A DNA stretch of 62,743 nucleotides, counting the filler, from Babesia bigemina (Eukaryota): the NCBI RefSeq assembly GCF_000981445.1. It is 12 parts of 12 records of this genome, joined end to end, with 100 filler letters (N's around TTAATTAATTAA, not from the genome) between each part and the next. Parts side by side here need not be neighbours in the genome. Positions count along the whole stretch, not along the records: positions 56,135 to 58,277 come from NW_012236927.1; positions 58,378 to 60,357 come from NW_012236928.1; positions 60,458 to 62,743 come from NW_012236929.1; 9 more parts are not named here. One strand, written 5' to 3'. A model generated the notes under the pieces. It saw only the letters and a program-made list of their open reading frames with translations. It searched no databases and was not told the origin of the DNA. Below are positions 56,496-62,743 of the stretch, piece by piece. The position numbers were made by a program, and so were the translations under genes. Position 1 is the stretch's first letter. Every line of letters begins with the position of its first letter.

Positions 56496-57883
56496 TTATG
56501 CCACTGTCAACTGCTGAATTTTTTTCTCGCGGCGGATTTTGCGTTCTTCCATTACCGCCACTATCGCCATCAGGCAGATACAACCAATCGCGGCGATATC
56601 CAGCGCGGCGAAGGTGCCTGCCCAGCCGGTAAGGCCGAATACCGGCGTCCCATCGGCAATCATTCCCAGACCTAACTTGGCAAAGCTGTCACCAATCAGG
56701 TAAGCAAAGGTGCCTTTAATACCATCGGCAGCGCCAATCGCTTTTTTAGGTACAAAGCCAACAGCAGCCACACCAATCAACAATTGCGGGCCAAAGACCA
56801 GGAAACCCAACGCAAAGAGAGAAGCCAGATAGATATATTCGTTACTGGCATGTTGATACACACCGAGCGTGGCGATAATCAGCGCCAGCGCGATGCAGGC
56901 CACCAGGCCACGGCGACCGTTCGCCAGGTCAGAGAGCCAGCCCCACAGCAGCGTACCGACCAGCGCACCAGCTTCAAACAGCGTAAAGCCCTGAATCGCC
57001 ACCGCTTTAGAGAGTTTCAGTTCCTGGAACGCGTATACGGTTGACCACTGGTCGATACCAATACGTACCACATAGAGGAAAATGTTGGCGAAGCACAGCA
57101 GCCAGATCACTTTGTTTTTCAGCACATACTCAACAAAGATCTGCCACTTGGTCATATCGGTAGATTCTGTCTCTTTGTCCTCTTCGCTGATCTCCTCGCC
57201 GAACAGTTCTTCAGCTTTGCCGAGGCCATAAGATTCCGGGGAGTCGCTGCCGTAACGCAGGCCGATAAAACCGACAATCAGCGCGATAATCGACGGGAAG
57301 ATAAACATGCCGATGACATGGCCATCGAACAGGTAATTTGCCCCGAACAGCGCCACACCTGCTGCGCCTGCACCGCCAAGGTTGTGAGAAATATTCAGAA
57401 AACGAGGAATGTCCGCGTTTACGACGCGCGTCAATTTGGTGATGGTGAGTAACTGCACGAACCGCCGGTACTCTGGAAAAAGCCGCTTAAGGCGTAGAAG
57501 GCAATCATCAGGAACAGGCTAACCGAGCCGCTGCCCATACTGGCACTGAAGCCCAGCATACAAATAGCAGAGAGGATCAGCATGAACGGCAGGAATTGTT
57601 TGGTGTTTTTGCCGTCGGCGTAGTAGGAAACCAGCGTTTTACCCACGCCATAAGTGATGGAGAAACCCAGGCCGATCATCCCCAGCTGCGTCATGCTCAA
57701 CCCGTAGGTCGAAATCATATCGTTCTGCGCGATGTTAAAGTTCTTGCGAATCAGGTACATCGTCAGGTAGCCGATAAAGACCACCAGGTAGGATTGCATG
57801 AACGGTTTGAACCACATTTTGCGCCGCACTTCGAGCGGAAGGTCCAGGGTCGGCTTGCGAACCTGGTTTAAGAAAGCCAGCAT
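56496..57883 (-). CDS. uhpT: E. coli hexose-6-phosphate:phosphate antiporter (apparent frameshifts near 57395-57450 are read errors)
   Basis: [28 protein letters not shown] ... [17 protein letters not shown] motifs NISHNLGG and GPQLLIG. Confidence 0.97.
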
Positions 57884-57920
57884 GGGTTACTCCTGAAATG
57901 AATACCTGCGTGAGGCATGC

Positions 57921-58024
57921 ATTGTAAAAATCAGCAGCAAATCAGGCCTGAGATAGCGTCCAGGCAAAACCTGGAAAATTTCTTAGTTTTGCCGGATATG
58001 AAGTGAAAAGGTGAGATGCATCAC
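57921..58024 (-). promoter_or_regulatory. uhpT promoter: -10 TACAAT, UhpA inverted repeat GGCAAAAC-N15-GTTTTGCC (57963-57993), CAP site (58011-58024)
   Basis: Dyad visible in the sequence; matches the known uhpT control region. Confidence 0.8.
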
Positions 58025-58268
58025 GCTTCGCGCGGTGTCTGGGCGTTCAAAAAGGGCAGTAACAGCAGTGCGGAAATCCCGGCGGCGATAGAGATAACCA
58101 CAAAAAATCCGCTCCAGTGCCAGGTATCGAGTACTTTCGCCAGCGGCCAACCAGCAAGCGACGCCCCCAGATAAGCAAACAAGCCGACAAACCCCGTCGC
58201 CGCCCCTGCCGCCTCTTTGTGGGAACACTCTGCCGCCGCCATACCGATTAACATCTGTGGCCAAAGAC
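58021..58268 (-). CDS. uhpC: E. coli UhpC glucose-6-phosphate sensor, 3' fragment
   Basis: QMLIGMAAAECSHKEAAGAATGFVGLFAYLG...AQTPREA*; lies directly upstream of uhpT. Confidence 0.95.
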
Positions 58269-58377
58269 GGTCGTCGGNNNNNNNNNNNNNNNNNNNNNNN
58301 NNNNNNNNNNNNNNNNNNNNNTTAATTAATTAANNNNNNNNNNNNNNNNNNNNNNNNNNNNNNNNNNNNNNNNNNNN

Positions 58378-60357
58378 ACAGATAGAGATCGTCAGTGGGC
58401 AAACGAACGTGTAGAAACTCTGTGCGGAGTGGCAAAGCAGAAGGTTGAGGAGTTAGCGACCGCAGTTAAAGCGGATCTCTTTCAACTTAAACAGGAGATT
58501 CAGACAGGGATGGACAAATATGTTCGGGATTATATCAACTTGGTTAAAAAGAAGGTTGTGAATATTAACGACAATGAGGGTGACGGTCTAAAAAAGATGG
58601 AGACCGAAGTGAAGGCTTGGGCCCAGACGTTTAGTAGTCAGGATGCATTTGGGATAACAGTTGAGGGTTGGATTGAAGATATTTTAGAGAAAGATGAATT
58701 TGTGCGCAACCTCTTTCCCGCGTACGTTAACGTCAATCTAAAATTTAAAAGGATGCTTGTAGCATCTGTTTTCAAAAAACATCTCATGAAGGGCTACATT
58801 GACCAAGCAGGCCAAGCGGTATCAAGGTTGTATGATAAGGTAGAAGCTACGCATGCCAACTCGAAATTGCAAATCTATGTTACGGCCGTCAAGGATGGTA
58901 TAGATGAATTCGTGCGTTTGCTTGGAAGTAAGATAAATGGTTCAGGGGCATCTGACTTCGTGAAACAAATTGCCACGGGGATTCATGATAATGAAAGCAT
59001 CGTATCATTACCAAAGAAACACGGTAATGCTCCACCTAACCTTATCCATGGTGTTAAATATGCTCTCAATCAGCTAGTTTGTGTCGGTAGACAAAAAGCC
59101 GCAGACCTTGAATGGTTCATTGGCAAAGGTGAAAAAAAAGGCAACACACCAAACGTGGACGTTGCCCTCAAAATCGTTGATGAGCTTAATGCAAATTTTA
59201 CGGATGCAATTAAGCTGGGCATAGAAATTTCTGAAGATGCCAAAACGTATAATCCATACGCAACCGACTCCGGAACACCTATTAGTCTCGACGTTAATAT
59301 AGCAAAGACAATCGGTGACGCACTGGATAGGCAGATTGGCAAGAATTCTAATATTCGTGGTAGGGATAATCAAATAGAGAACCTCGACAAACTGGCGCAT
59401 TCCTTTGGAACGAGTGCAAAGGGCATTGGATCCAGGCGGAAACTCAATGACGCTATCGACGAAATTAAAAATGACCTAGCCGAAGCATTTAAATTCAATG
59501 TGGAGAATAAGTATGTGAAAAGCAAAGAAGCTTTGCGAAAAGGACAGAAAGCCGAAGATGGCGAGTTACACAAGTTGTATAACGAAATTAAAGGTCATCT
59601 CGACAAGCTCACCCAGGAGTTCTCTGAGACCGGTGAAAAAGTCAATTGGTATTTCAGCGTTCTTACGGGCGACATGATTAACCGAGATCTCACCGATATT
59701 ATGACTAACCTCTACGAAGTACAGAACGGTTTGGCTGGTGCTATTCAGGACTGCCTGAATCTTGAAAAATTCGCCACGGACCAATGCACTGCAACCATCA
59801 GAACTCTCACATCCATTGTCGACGATCAAGTTCAGCGATCTAAAACAGCAATAACAATTGAGGTGCAAGATCGATACGTCTCCTCCATCCGCGGGTTGTT
59901 GAAGGCTTTCGCCGATAAAGTTTACAAGGAACTTCATGAGTTGCCTGATGCAATTGAAAGAGACAAGCGTATTGGCTTCAAGGGTTTCATGGAAAAAGTG
60001 GAAATTAACATAAACGTATTTTCTAATAAAGACGACTTGAATTCCCTCGCGACCGATGTTAATAACGCATCACGTAAGCTGATAGGTTACATTATGCCAG
60101 AAATACATGTAATGTCCCCGGTACGTTCTCAACTCACAAATATCAAAGACGCATGTGATGCACTTTTCACACCGCTATCTCATTGCAAACATACGCCTTA
60201 TGATCATCATTTCACAAGTAGGCTTGCGAAGCTCAAAGGCCACCTCATGCCCTGTTCACCTGAGCAATTCGAGGGACCTGCTACTCAAAGCTTATTGACG
60301 TCATGAGAAGCGGTTGGGAAGCACTTGTTAAACGAATTGAGCCAAAGCATACGTAAA
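58378..60357 (+). CDS. ves: VESA1-like protein, internal fragment (error-rich ends)
   Basis: VKADLFQLK, F..TVEGWIEDIL, ALNQLV, DKRIGFKGFM and YDHHF motifs. An EL.KAYVN-like motif is recognisable beyond the apparent stop in shifted frames. Confidence 0.8.
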
Positions 60358-60457
60358 NNNNNNNNNNNNNNNNNNNNNNNNNNNNNNNNNNNNNNNNNNN
60401 NTTAATTAATTAANNNNNNNNNNNNNNNNNNNNNNNNNNNNNNNNNNNNNNNNNNNN

Positions 60458-62717
60458 GCGACTGTGAGATCCGATACAACAAACTATCGCGCCATCGTTG
60501 AGTTTCCTTCGCCGGCTTGTTATCATTGGCATCTTTACGGAGATGGAAGCTGTCAACATTCTCTTCATTCCCTTCGAACGACGGAGACCTCAAATCAGAG
60601 TCTAGACCGTCAGCTAGAGGTTGGGCAGAAAACCGCTTCATCTCTCCGCCATTCCTTGCTGACGAAGGCGATGGCTTCGTATCCGAGGTATCAGCCTTGT
60701 CCTTACCGTCTGTATTTAAGGTTGTTGGCTTTTTATCGTCAACACTGGGGACGACGAGAGAGGGATTTACCTTCTCTTCCTCTTCCAGATGCGATATGTT
60801 TGTTTGCGTTGCTATCTCAGCCATCTTTGGTGCACTATAGCGGGCCATCATTGCCGTTGCAGCTTTAGTGTCTTCGATGAATGATTTGATGTCAATGGGG
60901 ATAATTTTCCCATTCTCTTTTGGAAGTGACGGAGAAGTTTGTGTGGCTGCATCTGAAAGCTTTGGGGCATGATTATTGTGGACCATGCCGGTCGCTTGTT
61001 GTGCGTTGTCCTCAACCTTTGGCACAAGTATGTAGTGAGTCGAAGGTTTATCCTGACCCGGTGTTGGTGGAATATTGGCGTCGGTAAGAGGTATGACTGG
61101 AAGAATACCACGGTCTTTGTTACCATTAAGAGATGGCGGAGGCAAATTGAATGTTGTAGGCGTGTTCTCTCCAACCTTCATTGTTTTATGTGGTAGTTTG
61201 TTGTCATCCTCAATGAGCTTTCGGACATCAAAGATCTGAAATCTTCGTTCATCATGAGGCTGCGAGTATTTATCTCCTTTATCGTGAAGGTTGCCCATCG
61301 GAATAAATTCGAAATCAAACATTTCCCTGGGATACCCTGCAGACATGTTCGTTCCTGAACCAGGTACCTGCTTTCCTGGGATGCTTGTTTTTCTGGTTGG
61401 CGGTCTTCCGTCGACAGGTTTCCGGATAGAACTACTTGCAAACTTACGCGCCTCCTTAGGGGATGGAGAAGTTGTTTCCACCTTCGCTTCCGCATCCTCG
61501 TCGTCGACTGATTTTTCCGTGGACGGTTTCTCGTCGTCCTCAGAAGTTTCTATAGGATCAGTTGCAAATCTCACCTTTCCTTTAGGAGAAGACGGGGCTG
61601 TTTTAAGGTTGGAGGAACCTAACTTCGTTTCATCACTGTTAGATAGCTCTTCCTTGGGAGTCGCAGTGCCATCTACAAGCGGTTTTACGGGTGGGGTACG
61701 GACCCTCCCTCGTTCATCTCGAGATGGAGATGGTTTCAAGATTGAGGCCGGAATCTTACGGCTACCTTGGCTTCCCGGTCTTGGCGTTTGCGCGTTAGCA
61801 TCGCCACCAGGTTTTGCAACAGGAGTATTTTTATCTTCCGACCCAACTTTAGGAGACGATGGAGACGGTCTGAAAATAGACTCATCAAACCTAACTCTTC
61901 TCTTGTTCGGTTTATTCGTCGTTGCTGCCGTATCATCTACAGGAGGAGTTAACTTACTTCTTTCAGATTGCGGCTTTCCTCCAGGAGAAACCAAAGGTTT
62001 CAAAACTGAGGCCGGAATCTTATTGCTACCTTGGCTTCCCGACGTTGGAGCTTGCGCGTTAGCATCGCCATCAGGTTTTGGAACAGGCGTATTTTTATCA
62101 TCCGATTCAACTTTAGGAGACGATGAAGATGATTTAGCGTCCGATGCCAATGCCTGATTACCGTCGTTAGTCTTAGCTGGATTTTTCACGTCATCACGTC
62201 TTGTAAAGGAACTTGGTGGGTGCTCAGTTTTGCCGTTGGGGTTTAGCGACGTTTGTTTCACATCTGCTTGCCCATTCCTGCCATGACCACTTGGTATATT
62301 CTTCGACGGCTTACTGTCGTCAACGGATTGTTTTATGGTACTAGATGCAGGGTTCGTCCTTTCCTTAGATGACAAAGCAGGTTTTACTATCGAAGGAGAA
62401 ACATTGTAGCCATTGTTGCTAGGTTTTGGCTTTGTTGGTTCCCTATCGCCACCAGGTTTTGCAACAGGGGTATTTTTATCCTCCGACCTTCCTTTTAAAG
62501 ATGACAGGGACGGTTTTGAATTTGACGCATCAACATTTCTATCATCATTATGTGGCGACCTTGGGCTTCCCGACAGACGTTCACCACTCCTTTTACGCTC
62601 AGGGTTCCAACCGGCAGGTGGTGGAATTTGCCTCCATTTCGGGTCGTCAACAGTATTGTAAACATGACTGCCCGGATTTAGCGGAGGCTGCCCATCGTCA
62701 CAAGACTCGGTACACGA
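60458..62717 (-). CDS. Fragment of a large Ser/Pro/Lys/Asp-rich low-complexity protein with internal ~45-aa repeats
   Basis: The frame stays open upstream of the ORF-track start (62375) to 62717. SSPKV.S.DKNTPV.KP.GDANAQ....GSQGS.KIPAS.LKP occurs twice, with a partial third copy near 62445-62490. Confidence 0.72.
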
Positions 62718-62743
62718 CTACGTCCAACTGTTGGTGTTCCTCT

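Noticed and set aside
57395..57458. uhpT pseudogene or split gene
   Set aside because: A cluster of homopolymer-length discrepancies typical of a low-quality read end.
56135..58277. Horizontal transfer of bacterial uhpT/uhpC/ade into the parasite
   Set aside because: Isolated contig with truncated genes, native E. coli gene order, promoter and terminator, next to fosmid vector sequence: library host contamination.
61291..62157. 288-aa plus-strand ORF and the many short ORFs antisense to ves genes
   Set aside because: Shadow ORFs of long opposite-strand coding frames, with no independent support.

Overview
This window is eukaryotic (apicomplexan) DNA, almost certainly Babesia of the B. bigemina/B. 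ovata group. It is a pseudomolecule of 12 unordered contigs joined by 100-nt spacers (44 N + TTAATTAATTAA + 44 N). Most contigs come from variant erythrocyte surface antigen (ves/VESA-like) loci: four full-length genes (one frameshifted) and five fragments. These genes sit in a stereotyped, polarised cassette. In order: kb-long 22-23-bp C-rich satellite; 279-nt conserved leader, usually with an in-frame stop; ves ORF; ACTCAC-rich 3' block; 12-bp array; optional module; 12-bp array; 20-bp array; AT-rich hairpin junction; next satellite. The optional module holds a 24-bp array, a conserved GC-rich block, ~75-bp intron/exon-like repeats and a small 20-Cys C-terminally anchored protein gene. Two contigs encode large low-complexity protein fragments. 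One contig is pCC1FOS-type fosmid vector joined to an insert with a QLQ-like ORF. One is E. coli host DNA (ade-uhpT-uhpC) with homopolymer errors. Adjacency across N-spacers is not biological evidence. All family assignments come from motif recognition; no database search was run.
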